IMG/VR virus record: IMGVR_UViG_3300011336_000270 | Span: 1-52,320 of that record | Reading direction: 5' to 3' (one strand) | DNA from: a virus | Lineage: Duplodnaviria > Caudoviricetes | DNA length: 52,320 bases | In this document: positions 37,529 to 47,282 of the stretch, in pieces | How the letters are laid out: every line of letters starts with the position of its first letter | Position numbering within the stretch: position 1 is the stretch's first letter | The notes under the pieces: generated by a model | Told to the model about the DNA's origin: nothing | What the model saw: the letters and a program-made list of their open reading frames with translations, nothing else | Databases searched by the model: none | Made by a program: the position numbers and the translations under genes

Positions 37529-39381
37529 ATGTCAAGAAAAATTGTTTCTCAAAATGGCATTCGTAAATACGGGATGGTCTTCCCAGAAAACATGAATCCG
37601 CTTGAGATCGAGCTTTACTGCTACGCTTTAACACGTGGCGACTACGGAAGGACAATGCGGGTAAAGAAGAACATGGAGCTTTCTGACTACAAACTTTTGT
37701 CGCCATACGAACACTTCATCCAAGCTGTCCAGTATATGTGGCCGACTGATGTTGTGATTAAGAATAGAGGTTATACCAATACCCAGCTTCTTAGAACTCT
37801 TGAGGAATTATGCAATAATGACGATGTGTGCCTCGCGGGCGCGGCCTCGATGGGTAAATCATTTCCTGTAGGTCTGTGGATTTATCTGGATTGGTGTGCT
37901 GCCCCGCATTGCACATCGTCTTGGGTAGCAACTACAACCCTTGGCGCGTCCGAGGATCGTATCTGGGGTATCATCTCTAAACTCTGGAAGTGTGCCTCCA
38001 ATAAGATTGGCAACCTAGTTGACTATCGCCACATGATTGTGTGGGGCGGCGCGTCTGGAGATGATGAAAAGGATTACCGCAATGCCATCAAGGCTATTGC
38101 TTTCCCTCCCGGCTCAGAAGGTCAGAAAGCTATTGATACCACCCGTGGTCGTAAGAACGATAGGATTCGTGTAGCATTGGACGAGTTGCCCGAAATGGAA
38201 ATGGGCGCAATTAACATTAGGCAGAACCTTTCCTCCAACGATGATAAGGTTTTCATTGGTATCGGAAACCCGTCCGCTGGTGATAATCCCCACACTCGCT
38301 GGGCCATGCCTAAAGGTCACACTAACTTTGATGCGGTGAGTGCTGATATGGAGAAGTGGGAGACTGAAACAGGTGTTTGCTTGTTTTACAATGGTATGAA
38401 GTCTCCTAACTTCGCCGCGCCCCCTAATGAACCTTCTCCATTCCCGTTCCTAATGGATCGCAAGAAACAGGCGGACATTTTGAAGATGTCCTATGGTGAC
38501 GAGAACTCTGTTGACTATGTTCGTAACGCTATTGGCTGGTGGCCTAAGTCTGGCTTTGCCCAAACGATCCTAACCGCCGATGTCATTCGGAATGCAGATA
38601 CCTACTCAGACCTATCTGGGATCACAATGAACTTATAAAGATTGCTGGCTTCGATACTGCTTTCACGGCTGGTGGGGATAGATGCGTTCTCACAGTCTGC
38701 AAGCTAGGATATGTCCGTGGAACTTCTCAGAAGGTAATGTATCTGGAAAACCAAGAAGTGATTCAGATCGCCGCTGGTCAAGCCACCGAGTTCGATGTCC
38801 AAGTCGCCGCGAAGGTCGTTGACCTATGTCGAAGGCATGATGTGAAGCCTAGTAAGTTTGGTATGGATGTCAGCGGTGATGGTGGCCGAATCGGACAGGC
38901 TATCATGCGCGAGTGGCTACGGCATGATAAGGATGGTTCGTCTATTGCTCTTATCTCTTCTATGGGTCGCCCGACTGATCGTATCGCAGCCGATGTCGAT
39001 AAGCGTCCCTGCACGGAAGTCTATGATCGTCTTATCTCTGAATACCACTACTCCTTGTATCACGCATTCAAAAGTAGAGTATTGTATGGGATTGATTCAT
39101 CAAGCGATCTTGGAAGAGAGTTGTGCTTGAGAAGATATACAACTAAAGGTAAAAAAATATCAATTGAAACAAAACCGGATTTTAAAGGAAGAACTGGTTT
39201 TTCTTGCGACCTTGCTGATAGCCTAACTTACGCAATCGAGATGGGCAGAAGAAATGGTTTGGTATTTCATGGAACAGAAAAGAAAGTTCCAACAGATCGT
39301 TTCTGGGCTAGGCGCGAGGTGGAGGATAAGCCGATGTCCGATGACGAGTATTATATGTCGGACGATGATGGGGAAGACTGA
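37529..39381 (+). CDS. terL: Terminase large subunit, split by a -1 frameshift near 38610
   Basis: Walker A GAASMGKS, RGR, Walker B VALDE and coupling IGNP in the first ORF; the -1 frame continues with nuclease motifs IAGFDTAFTAGGDRCV, GMDVSGDGG and SCDLADSL. Confidence 0.88.
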
Positions 39382-39597
39382 TTAATCCAGCACACCCTGC
39401 AATTCCATCAAGTTCGCTAGGTCTTCGCCGATGGTGATCCTGCAAACCTTGTCTCCCTCGAAAGTCGTTCCTAGCATCTCGATCTTCTCTAGGTCTGACT
39501 TCTTAATCCAGCAGTCCACCCAATCTTGGCGGAAGCGAATCTTGTATTGGTTTTCTGCAACGAATGTGCCTTCGCACACTATAAGTGATTTGAACAT
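39382..39597 (-). CDS. Hypothetical protein
   Basis: Third gene of a small leftward operon. Confidence 0.65.
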   Translation of the reverse strand: MFKSLIVCEGTFVAENQYKIRFRQDWVDCWIKKSDLEKIEMLGTTFEGDKVCRITIGEDLANLMELQGVLD

Positions 39598-39598
39598 A

Positions 39599-39916
39599 TT
39601 ATTTGAATTGATAAACTAGGTAGCCTTGCTCTTTCGCCCACGCTGGGTTGTCATGCACTCGCTGGTGGTCTTCTCGACAAAGAGCCATGAAAGTGCGCTT
39701 CTCACAAAGGTTTTTCCCTCGTCCGCTTTTGTGGTGTATGTCGGTTGCTTCTCTACCGCAGATTTCACATCTGTAATCTTTTTCTTCAAGATACTCTCTC
39801 CTTACCCTACTGTATTCAATGCTTCGCTTTTTGAGTCTGGCTGAAACTGGGTTGAGCTTTCCTCCTCTTTTCTTGAATCCGCTTTTTGCCTTAAGTGGAG
39901 TTTTGCGTCTGAGCAT
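39599..39916 (-). CDS. Small HNH nuclease with zinc finger
   Basis: CEICG...DIHHKSGRGKN...MALCREDHQRVH. Confidence 0.8.
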   Translation of the reverse strand: MLRRKTPLKAKSGFKKRGGKLNPVSARLKKRSIEYSRVRREYLEEKDYRCEICGREATDIHHKSGRGKNLCEKRTFMALCREDHQRVHDNPAWAKEQGYLVYQFK

Positions 39917-40155
39917 AATTCAATAATTTTACCGATCTGTTCTTTCTTGAGAACCGACTTTGCTGATGTTTCGATTTGATTGATAAGGCTACCAGTCACT
40001 CCGATCTTGTCACCTAGTTCACGCACGGAAAACCCAAGGCGCAAACGAGCATCACGCAAGTGTGCGCCAAACATCTTTCTAGCATTATGCTTGATGCTTC
40101 TGCTATGTTCAATAGCCGATAGGTAGCTATTGTATGCGACTTCTAACTGATGCAT
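39802..40155 (-). CDS. XRE-family HTH transcriptional regulator
   Basis: FGAHLRDARLRLGFSVRELGDKIGVTGSLINQIET. Confidence 0.85.
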   Translation of the reverse strand: MHQLEVAYNSYLSAIEHSRSIKHNARKMFGAHLRDARLRLGFSVRELGDKIGVTGSLINQIETSAKSVLKKEQIGKIIELCSDAKLHLRQKADSRKEEESSTQFQPDSKSEALNTVG

Positions 40156-40163
40156 ACCTATGG

Positions 40164-40208
40164 AGTATAGACAAACATATTGACAGGTCAATCTTTTTTT
40201 TGTAGTAT
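40164..40208. promoter_or_regulatory. Overlapping divergent sigma-70-like promoters
   Basis: Plus strand: TTGACA(40180)-17-TAGTAT(40203). Minus strand: TTGACC(40191)-16-TATACT(40169). The two -35 boxes form the near-palindrome ATTGACAGGTCAAT. Confidence 0.7.
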
Positions 40209-40216
40209 TGGAGGCT

Positions 40217-40612
40217 ATGGATAACCACAACAGCAACATAGATTTGGACATGACAGCATTCAAGTTTCTTGAGCTTGCTCGAAAGTCCGTTCTGATAACA
40301 AATATGTCTCTCGCTGAAGCGATGGGACAAGGAATCTTTTCGACTCACGAAGTCTTCAATGGCGATGGAGGCTATATGATTATGGGAGTCCGGCCAAACT
40401 CTACCGCGCTCGCAGCGACCTACTCTGGCAAACGAATACTCTGGTCTGAACTCGCCCTAATCAAAGACGAAGACCTAGAACTCCATCACAAGCTCCATGC
40501 TGTAGACTGCCAAGATGACCATATGTCTGATCTCACTTGGACAAACCTCGTCGATCAAATCGAAGAATGGGTGAAGTGCGAGCGTGAGGAGATTGACCTA
40601 GATTATCGGTAA
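40217..40612 (+). CDS. Hypothetical protein
   Basis: ATG 40217 lies 8 nt after the -10 box. Confidence 0.7.
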   Translation: MDNHNSNIDLDMTAFKFLELARKSVLITNMSLAEAMGQGIFSTHEVFNGDGGYMIMGVRPNSTALAATYSGKRILWSELALIKDEDLELHHKLHAVDCQDDHMSDLTWTNLVDQIEEWVKCEREEIDLDYR

Positions 40613-40619
40613 CAATAAA

Positions 40620-41384
40620 ATGAAAATACAATTACACCACGGTGATTGCTTGGAAGAGATGAGGAACATTCCTGATGGAAGTATAGATATGGTTCTGTGC
40701 GATCCACCGTATGGGACGACCGCCTGCAAGTGGGATTCGGTGATTCCGTTTGAACCGCTGTGGGCGCATTACAAGCGCATTGCCAAGAAGAACGCGGCCA
40801 TTGTCCTCACGGCGAGTCAGCCGTTCACAAGTGCGCTGGTGATGTCGAATCTGAAGATGTTCAAGCATGAGTGGATTTGGATTAAAAATCGTGGATCAAA
40901 CTTTGCAAACACAGTGCGCGAGCCGATGAAGGAGCATGAATCCGTGCTGGTGTTCGCTGAAAAGAAGTGGACATACAACAAGCAGATGCAGGAGCGCACG
41001 GGCGGTGGTGCTGACCGCGTGAAATACGGGGTGGCCTTCCGCTCGCAGTCAGACAACTACCGCGAGTTTGAGGGGAGAGACCATCAAAAACTCCCAGAAA
41101 TGCGGGTTCCGTCATCGTGGCAGAAGTTCAACTGCGAAGTCGGACTGCACCCCACGCAAAAGCCCGTTGCTCTGATGGAATATCTTATCCGCACATACAC
41201 CAACGAAGGAGAGACAATAATGGATAATGCTATGGGTAGCGGCACAACAGGCGTAGCCTGTGTGAATACTGGTAGGAATTTCATTGGAATTGAGAAAGAT
41301 AAAACATATTTTGATATTGCAACCAAAAGGATAAACGATCACAAGTCTCAAATTGAATTATGCCTAAACCAATCGAAGGTCTAA
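40620..41384 (+). CDS. DNA methyltransferase (N6A/N4C, beta class), copy 1
   Basis: GDCLE, DPPY, HPTQKP and MGSGTTG motifs. Confidence 0.93.
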   Translation: MKIQLHHGDCLEEMRNIPDGSIDMVLCDPPYGTTACKWDSVIPFEPLWAHYKRIAKKNAAIVLTASQPFTSALVMSNLKMFKHEWIWIKNRGSNFANTVREPMKEHESVLVFAEKKWTYNKQMQERTGGGADRVKYGVAFRSQSDNYREFEGRDHQKLPEMRVPSSWQKFNCEVGLHPTQKPVALMEYLIRTYTNEGETIMDNAMGSGTTGVACVNTGRNFIGIEKDKTYFDIATKRINDHKSQIELCLNQSKV

Positions 41385-41497
41385 TACCACCGGGAGGACA
41401 TCACTACATGGAGAGTGATGTTAAAATTACTGGCAGTAGTTATAAAAACCGACTAGAACAAAAGCCTTGCAAGGAATTGAAAAAATGGAATATGTAG
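41360..41497 (+). pseudogene. Probable truncated gene remnant between the two methyltransferases (45 aa)
   Basis: MPKPIEGLIPPGGHHYMESDVKITGSSYKNRLE shares a PxGGxxY...GxS pattern with the N-terminus of 37114..37491, then runs into AT-rich sequence. Confidence 0.4.
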
Positions 41498-41511
41498 ATT
41501 TTTCAGAATAA

Positions 41512-42282
41512 ATGAATATAGATTTAATCCATGGAGATTGCTTGGAGAAGATGCGAGATATTCCAGACGGTAGCATTGATATGATTCTATGCGATTTGCC
41601 TTACGGAACGACCGCCTGCAAATGGGACAGCGTGATACCCTTCGAGCCGCTTTGGGAGCACTACCGTCGAGTCTGCAAGCGCAATGCTGCGATTGTGCTA
41701 ACCGCATCGCAGCCGTTCACATCTGCTCTTGTGATGAGTAACGCCAAAGCATTCCGCCACGAATGGATATGGAAGAAAGACAAAGGTGGAAACATTGCGT
41801 CGCTAAAACATCAACCCTCGAAAGTTCACGAAACCATTTTGGTGTTCGGGTTTGAGCCTTCTAGATATAAACCACAGATGGAAGTCAGACCGGAGTCCAA
41901 CAGGCGAAATAATGCGCCAAGAACAAACCATGTCGGCGTGCAAGGCGAGAAACCTTTTAGAGTGGAGCACAGTCGCGGAGCAGACGCGGTGAAGTACCCG
42001 ACGAGTGTGAAGGAATATAATAGCGTGCGCGGTGGAGTCCACCCTACCCAAAAGCCAGTCGCCCTAATGGAGTATCTAATCCGAACTTACACCAACGAAG
42101 GCGAGACGGTGCTTGACAATACTATGGGCAGCGGGACGACTGGCGTAGCTTGCGTGAACACCAATCGCAACTTTATAGGGATCGAAATGGACAAAACATA
42201 TTTTGAGATAGCCAAAAAAAGAATACAGCAAGCTAAAGAAAATTTAGGGCTGTTTATCGGTAACGATAAAAATAATTATTGA
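41512..42282 (+). CDS. DNA methyltransferase (N6A/N4C, beta class), copy 2
   Basis: GDCLE, DLPY, HPTQKP and MGSGTTG motifs. Confidence 0.93.
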   Translation: MNIDLIHGDCLEKMRDIPDGSIDMILCDLPYGTTACKWDSVIPFEPLWEHYRRVCKRNAAIVLTASQPFTSALVMSNAKAFRHEWIWKKDKGGNIASLKHQPSKVHETILVFGFEPSRYKPQMEVRPESNRRNNAPRTNHVGVQGEKPFRVEHSRGADAVKYPTSVKEYNSVRGGVHPTQKPVALMEYLIRTYTNEGETVLDNTMGSGTTGVACVNTNRNFIGIEMDKTYFEIAKKRIQQAKENLGLFIGNDKNNY

Positions 42283-42308
42283 CCTGTCACGAACAGTAGT
42301 GATAGGGT
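42279..42308 (+). promoter_or_regulatory. Promoter of the replication operon
   Basis: TTGACC (42279), 18 bp spacer, extended -10 TGaTAGGGT; a palindrome copy lies 10 bp upstream. Confidence 0.55.
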
Positions 42309-42314
42309 TAGCGC

Positions 42315-42456
42315 GTCTGAGAAATCAGACCTCGGCGTAGGAACCGAGTGATAAAAGAAATTAAATTAACAAACAAATATATGATCCCTTGTAGAGGATT
42401 ATTCCTACTGCGTCAGTTGCCGCTTTCTTTTGACTCTACAAGGGGTCGCCTTTTTT
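42315..42456 (+). ncRNA. Structured leader RNA, copy 2 (same architecture as 3922-4047)
   Basis: GNRA hairpin 42315-30; hairpin 42331-48; stem 42383-96/42434-47 plus T6; enclosed TTCCTAC and TTTCTTTT are complementary to upstream GTAGGAA and AAAAGAAA. Confidence 0.65.
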
Positions 42457-42459
42457 AAA

Positions 42460-42741
42460 ATGAATCCATTAAAAGCCAACGGAGGAATCTTCGTTCGGAA
42501 TGAAATTATCGGACTCATAGTTTTGAACGACCGAGATAAGATGCTTCTTGCTGCAATCGACAACTATGAGAACGGATTTGATGAAAACATGCATGAAGCA
42601 GCCGCGATATTGCGGTGCAGCGAATCGCAAGCTAGCAATTCCTTTGAGAAATTAAGGGCATTGAATTACATCACTAAAGACTCTGACACTACGGGCTGGG
42701 TTTTGAATGAAAGTGGGCCGTGGTTGGAAGGGTCGAAATGA
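42460..42741 (+). CDS. Winged-HTH protein
   Basis: LNDRDKMLLAAI...AAAILRCSESQASNSFEKLRALNYI. Confidence 0.7.
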   Translation: MNPLKANGGIFVRNEIIGLIVLNDRDKMLLAAIDNYENGFDENMHEAAAILRCSESQASNSFEKLRALNYITKDSDTTGWVLNESGPWLEGSK

Positions 42742-43523
42742 GCATGGAAGCCATTACAAAAGTCTTTAAGAATAGCAAAACCGATGGCAATGCTTTGCTG
42801 ATTTTGCTTTCTCTTGCGGATTGGTGCGATCAAGACTTCTCATGCTTTCCTTCAATTAAAAGAATAGCTGAAAAGGCTAGAGTTTCAGAACCCACAGCAA
42901 AGCGATACATGCGCGCTTTTATGAAAATGGGTTTGATAACTAAAGAGGCCCGCGAAGACAAAAGCGGCAGGCAGACATCGAATAGATATTATTTGAATGT
43001 TGAAATGATCGGAGCAGATGAAGTGACCAAGGAGATTCTTGACTCGGTTACCTATGACAGCCAGCGTCAAGACTGGGAGGGGGTAAGGCGCGTTAGTGGG
43101 TTGGAGGGGGTAAATGGACTTACCGGGGGAGGGGGTAAATCTATTTACCGGGAGGAGGGGGTAAGTGGAGTTACTAGGGCTATAATGAACCATCAGAAAG
43201 AACTAAAGAAAGAACCGTCATCCGATTCCGCTATCGCTCCATCGAACAGCAGTATTGAAAACGAAGAGTTATTCACAATGAAAGTAGCTGAGTCGCCTTC
43301 GGCTCCAAAACCACGGAAAGTGAAACTCGTCGATGATTCCTTCATCGCTGAACTCAAGAAACTCAACCCCACGAAAGATGTCGATGCCGAAGTCATCGCC
43401 GCGAAGAACTGGCTACTCGCCCACCCACCACGCCAGTTCACCAAACCATTCTTTTCTTCATGGATCAACCGAACCAAACCCACGATTGATCCCGAAGAAA
43501 GCTGGAAACCAACAACCATCTAA
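42738..43523 (+). CDS. Replication initiator (N-terminal winged HTH, lambda O-like organisation)
   Basis: LLILLSLADW...CFPSIKRIAEKARVSEPTAKRY...GRQTSNRY; internal iterons; followed by DnaB. Confidence 0.85.
   Translation: MSMEAITKVFKNSKTDGNALLILLSLADWCDQDFSCFPSIKRIAEKARVSEPTAKRYMRAFMKMGLITKEAREDKSGRQTSNRYYLNVEMIGADEVTKEILDSVTYDSQRQDWEGVRRVSGLEGVNGLTGGGGKSIYREEGVSGVTRAIMNHQKELKKEPSSDSAIAPSNSSIENEELFTMKVAESPSAPKPRKVKLVDDSFIAELKKLNPTKDVDAEVIAAKNWLLAHPPRQFTKPFFSSWINRTKPTIDPEESWKPTTI
43077..43175. repeat. Putative replication origin iterons
   Basis: GAGGGGGTAA at 43077, 43104, 43129 and 43155 (25-27 bp period), each with GGTAA-N6-TTA(C/G) dyad symmetry. Confidence 0.8.
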
Positions 43524-43529
43524 ACACAC

Positions 43530-44804
43530 ATGAAACCAAAACTAGTCCGCAAATGGGAAGAACTCCCTCCTGAGAAATCAGTCCCAATCCGTAGCAATAC
43601 CGAACAAGCTGCCTTGTCTCTTATGATTCAAGACAACGAAATACTTTCGACCCAGAAGTGGGATGCCTCGTATTTCGCCATAGAGAACCATAGATTGATT
43701 TTTGAAGCACTCCAAGGGTTCCATAGCCGAAATGGCATCTGCGACGAATTTACGCTCATTTCAGAGCTTGAGAACAGAGGAACACTTTCTCACATCGGAG
43801 GAGATCATGTAATCCATGACATCCTAAAGTGTATGAATATTCCATCTGGTAAGGTTTGCCAAGACATCGCCAATGACTACAGGAAGGAACTTCGTGAGGC
43901 TAAAATCTACCGCGATCTGATTCAGAAATGGGAAACTATGGAGAGGGACATCCGTAGAGGAAGCGCGGAGATAAACGAATTATCGTTAACGATAGAATCT
44001 ATTTCACACGATGGATCTGCCGCAAAAAGAACCAAGAAGGATATGCTCAACCAGATCATCGACGAGATGGAAGGCAAGAGTAAGCAGGAGTGCTTTGGAA
44101 CTGGATTGTTTAAACTGGATCGTACTCTGAAAGGTGGAATGCACCGAGGAGAACTAATGACAGTAGCCGCTGAAACTGGTGGTGGAAAATCCATTCTACT
44201 AGTCCAATCTGCTGTAGCAAATCTACTAGATGGAAAATCAGTTCTCTTCTTCTCGCTAGAGATGTCTGGAGAAGATGTGTTTAGGCGTATGGCAGCAAAT
44301 ATGGCTGGTGTTCCAATCCGAGAAATGGAAGAATATAAATCAGAATACGGAAGAGAACTCCCTAAAGTTTCCAATGCCATCGGAGAACTTCTTAAGATGA
44401 ATATTTCTGTAGTTGATTGCCTTTATGACATTGATGAAATTGAATCTGAAATCTCAAGAGCAGTATCAAGCAAAGAGGCAGATGTGATTATTGTCGATTA
44501 TCTTCAAATCATCAATATGCCAGAGAATGACAATAGAGAGAATGCAATTTCCGAGGCAGCTAGAAGGCTGAAGAACGCAGCAGGAAAGAATAAATCAGTT
44601 ATCCTGACAGCTTCACAACTTAATGATGATGGAAAACTGCGTGAATCTAGGGCTATTGGTATGCATTCTGACCAAGTTGTGCATATCGAACACCTCAAAG
44701 AAAAGAGCAGAATAGTAGTGAAAAAGAACCGCCGTGGCCCAAGAAACTACATTATTGATGTAAAAATGAACGGTGAACTATCTAAACTGGAGGAAGTCTG
44801 GTGA
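43530..44804 (+). CDS. dnaB: DnaB-like replicative helicase
   Basis: AAETGGGKS, FSLEM, IVDYLQ, SQLN, LRESRAI and KNRRGP motifs. Confidence 0.93.
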   Translation: MKPKLVRKWEELPPEKSVPIRSNTEQAALSLMIQDNEILSTQKWDASYFAIENHRLIFEALQGFHSRNGICDEFTLISELENRGTLSHIGGDHVIHDILKCMNIPSGKVCQDIANDYRKELREAKIYRDLIQKWETMERDIRRGSAEINELSLTIESISHDGSAAKRTKKDMLNQIIDEMEGKSKQECFGTGLFKLDRTLKGGMHRGELMTVAAETGGGKSILLVQSAVANLLDGKSVLFFSLEMSGEDVFRRMAANMAGVPIREMEEYKSEYGRELPKVSNAIGELLKMNISVVDCLYDIDEIESEISRAVSSKEADVIIVDYLQIINMPENDNRENAISEAARRLKNAAGKNKSVILTASQLNDDGKLRESRAIGMHSDQVVHIEHLKEKSRIVVKKNRRGPRNYIIDVKMNGELSKLEEVW

Positions 44805-44995
44805 CAACTGACGAAGCATTTACTAGGGCATCTAGGTTGTTGGATAGGGCAAGTCGTATATGGAGAACATCAGACATTACAAAGTATGCTGAAGCGGAGA
44901 CGGCATACCAAGAAGCTGTAAGAATCAGAGACGAATACTTCCATAATAAAAATGTATTGACAGAAGATTCTTCTATGGTTGAATCAAGCGAATGA
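44801..44995 (+). CDS. Hypothetical protein
   Basis: GTGA/ATGA-coupled in operon. Confidence 0.6.
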   Translation: MTTDEAFTRASRLLDRASRIWRTSDITKYAEAETAYQEAVRIRDEYFHNKNVLTEDSSMVESSE

Positions 44996-45321
44996 ACTCC
45001 AGAACTAAAGGAGCAGTCGGCGAAAGAGAATGGCGTGACCAACTTCGCAATGAAGGATTCACCGCCCGTCGAGGTCAGCAATTTGCAGGAGGGCCAGATT
45101 CCCCAGATGTTATCTGCGAGGAATTGTCTGGACTCCACATGGAGGTAAAGCGAGTGCAGAACCTCAACCTTGACAAAGCCTGCGAACAAGCAGAAAGAGA
45201 CTCTCGCGGTAAACCATACATCGTGGCGCACCGCAAAAACAACAAGAAGTGGAAGGTTACAATGCCATCTGACCTTTTCTTCTCACTACTTCGCGATGGC
45301 ATGGAAGCGTTAAAGAAATGA
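44992..45321 (+). CDS. Holliday-junction resolvase-like PD-(D/E)xK nuclease
   Basis: KGAVGERE...SPDVI...MEVKR motifs. Confidence 0.8.
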   Translation: MNSRTKGAVGEREWRDQLRNEGFTARRGQQFAGGPDSPDVICEELSGLHMEVKRVQNLNLDKACEQAERDSRGKPYIVAHRKNNKKWKVTMPSDLFFSLLRDGMEALKK

Positions 45322-45560
45322 AAGCAAAACCCGCAACTGGCAAAGCGTCAGTTAAAATAGTAAAAAACCCAAAGACTGGAAGAACCCGCAAAGTTTCTTA
45401 CGGCCAAAAAGGAGCAAATGTTGATCCGGGTAGCAAGCGTGGTGATTCCTACTGCGCCCGTTCTGCTAAAATCAAAGGAAACTGGAAGTCCGATCCTAAT
45501 AGTCCGAATAACCTATCCCGTAAGAAGTGGAAGTGCCGTGGAAGTAAATCCATGAAATGA
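45318..45560 (+). CDS. Small basic protein (SYCARS...RKKWKC family)
   Basis: Motif frequent in aquatic phages; coupled ORF. Confidence 0.75.
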   Translation: MKAKPATGKASVKIVKNPKTGRTRKVSYGQKGANVDPGSKRGDSYCARSAKIKGNWKSDPNSPNNLSRKKWKCRGSKSMK

Positions 45561-46105
45561 TCTATTCCAAGATCGCGCCTTTACCTACGCACAAATATGT
45601 CTTGGTGGATTCCAACTTCACACACAAAACTCCCTGTGGATTTATTGAAGCCATGTGGGTCGGAGTCACAAGCATCCCCGGAAGAGCATGGGGAATCAAT
45701 GTCATTCTGCGCGATGGTGGTGCTTTATATCGCAACCTCCCTCCTCATAGCATTTCATTTGGTAAAAATGTTTGTATGGCATGGGGCATTCAGAATGCTC
45801 AACTGTGGGACTGCTACTCCTACCACTTCACAATCGTCCAAAGCTCAATCCTGCGAGGTCTGCGGATGCGAGCTAAAGTCAAAGGAGAACTCCTAGCGGG
45901 AGAATACTTATTCCATGTAACCCATCTAAATGATGGGTGGTCAGACTCCCCAGACCAAGATAAAGAGTTTTACTTTATCAAGTTAGACAATGGCAGGATA
46001 ACAATCCAGCCTACGAATAGAATCACATTTATAGATTCCAGCTTTATCGTTAACGATAAACTCCCAGAACTTAAATTGAGCGAAACCATATATTCCTGCG
46101 AATGA
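45557..46105 (+). CDS. Hypothetical protein
   Basis: Coupled ORF; GALYRNLP...QLWDCYS...QPTNRI. Confidence 0.75.
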   Translation: MIYSKIAPLPTHKYVLVDSNFTHKTPCGFIEAMWVGVTSIPGRAWGINVILRDGGALYRNLPPHSISFGKNVCMAWGIQNAQLWDCYSYHFTIVQSSILRGLRMRAKVKGELLAGEYLFHVTHLNDGWSDSPDQDKEFYFIKLDNGRITIQPTNRITFIDSSFIVNDKLPELKLSETIYSCE

Positions 46106-47214
46106 ATCACCGTTACCACATCCTAGGCATTCCACACACAGTTTCGAGCAAGACATATAACGCCTGCGCCTATACTCAGAAGGTAGTCAAATTCGGTAAG
46201 ATGATGACTGAGCGCGGCCATGAAGTCTTGCACTACGGCCACGAAGACTCCAATCTACCATGCACAGAACATATCACAGTCTTAACTAACGAAGACTTTG
46301 AAAAAAGCTACGGAACGCATGACTGGAAGAGTAAATTCTTCAAGTTCAATACTGGAGACCATGCCTACCAAACATTCTATAAGAATGCCATCGAGGAGGT
46401 AGGAAAACGAAAGCTCAAGAACGATTTTATACTACCATTCTGGGGTAGTGGAGTGAGGCCAATCTGTGACGCGCATCCAGATATGATCTGCGTTGAGCCG
46501 GGAATTGGGTATGCTGGAGGACATTGGGCGAGGTGGAAAATATTTGAATCATACGCAATCTACCATGCCTACTGCGGACTCAAGAATGTAGGGAACTGTA
46601 ACCAAGATTGGTATGAAACAGTCATCCCAAACTACTTCGATGTAGATGACTTCGAGTACTGCGATCAGAAAGAAGATTACTTCTTGTATCTTGGCCGAGT
46701 TTACAGCGGGAAAGGAGTAGATGTAGCTATCCAAGCCACAGAGAGAGCGGGAAAAAAGCTAGTCATCGCAGGCCAAAAAGAGGATGGTTACAAGCTGCCA
46801 GACCATGTGGAGTATGTCGGATACGCCGATGTGCCGACTAGGAAGAAGCTCATGGCTAAAGCCAAAGCTAGCTTCCTTCCATCCATGTATGTAGAGCCAT
46901 TCGGTGGAGTGCAGATCGAAAACCTTCTATCTGGGACTCCAACAATAACCACAGACTGGGGTAGCTTCACGGAGAATAATATCCACGGAAAGACAGGATA
47001 CAGATGCCGCACGATGGGAGACTTCGTAGATGCCATCAATAACATTGACCAGATCAAGCCATACGATTGCAGAATGTTTGGAGAGAACTTCAGCCTAGAG
47101 AAAGTGGCTCCGATGTATGAGAAGTATTTCGAGGATGTCCTAGATGTATACCAAGGAAAAGGGTGGTACGCTAAAGGAAATGGTCTGTTTGCTCTAGAGA
47201 AATATTATCCATAA
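46102..47214 (+). CDS. Glycosyltransferase family 4 (GT-B)
   Basis: [10 protein letters not shown] and [23 protein letters not shown] (EX7E) motifs. Confidence 0.88.
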   Translation: MNHRYHILGIPHTVSSKTYNACAYTQKVVKFGKMMTERGHEVLHYGHEDSNLPCTEHITVLTNEDFEKSYGTHDWKSKFFKFNTGDHAYQTFYKNAIEEVGKRKLKNDFILPFWGSGVRPICDAHPDMICVEPGIGYAGGHWARWKIFESYAIYHAYCGLKNVGNCNQDWYETVIPNYFDVDDFEYCDQKEDYFLYLGRVYSGKGVDVAIQATERAGKKLVIAGQKEDGYKLPDHVEYVGYADVPTRKKLMAKAKASFLPSMYVEPFGGVQIENLLSGTPTITTDWGSFTENNIHGKTGYRCRTMGDFVDAINNIDQIKPYDCRMFGENFSLEKVAPMYEKYFEDVLDVYQGKGWYAKGNGLFALEKYYP

Positions 47215-47282
47215 TTTTCTCTTGACATCATGACAAGATATAGTAGTCTTGGGTAATCCTATCCCAATAGGAGAAAAAACCC

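Noticed and set aside
38559-38565. CCCAAAC as a programmed -1 slippery site in terL
   Set aside because: It is not in the X XXY YYZ register of the upstream reading frame
38982-38995. TATCGCAGCCGATG as another palindrome copy (also partial matches at 21853, 38260 and 47680)
   Set aside because: Too many mismatches to separate from chance; not counted
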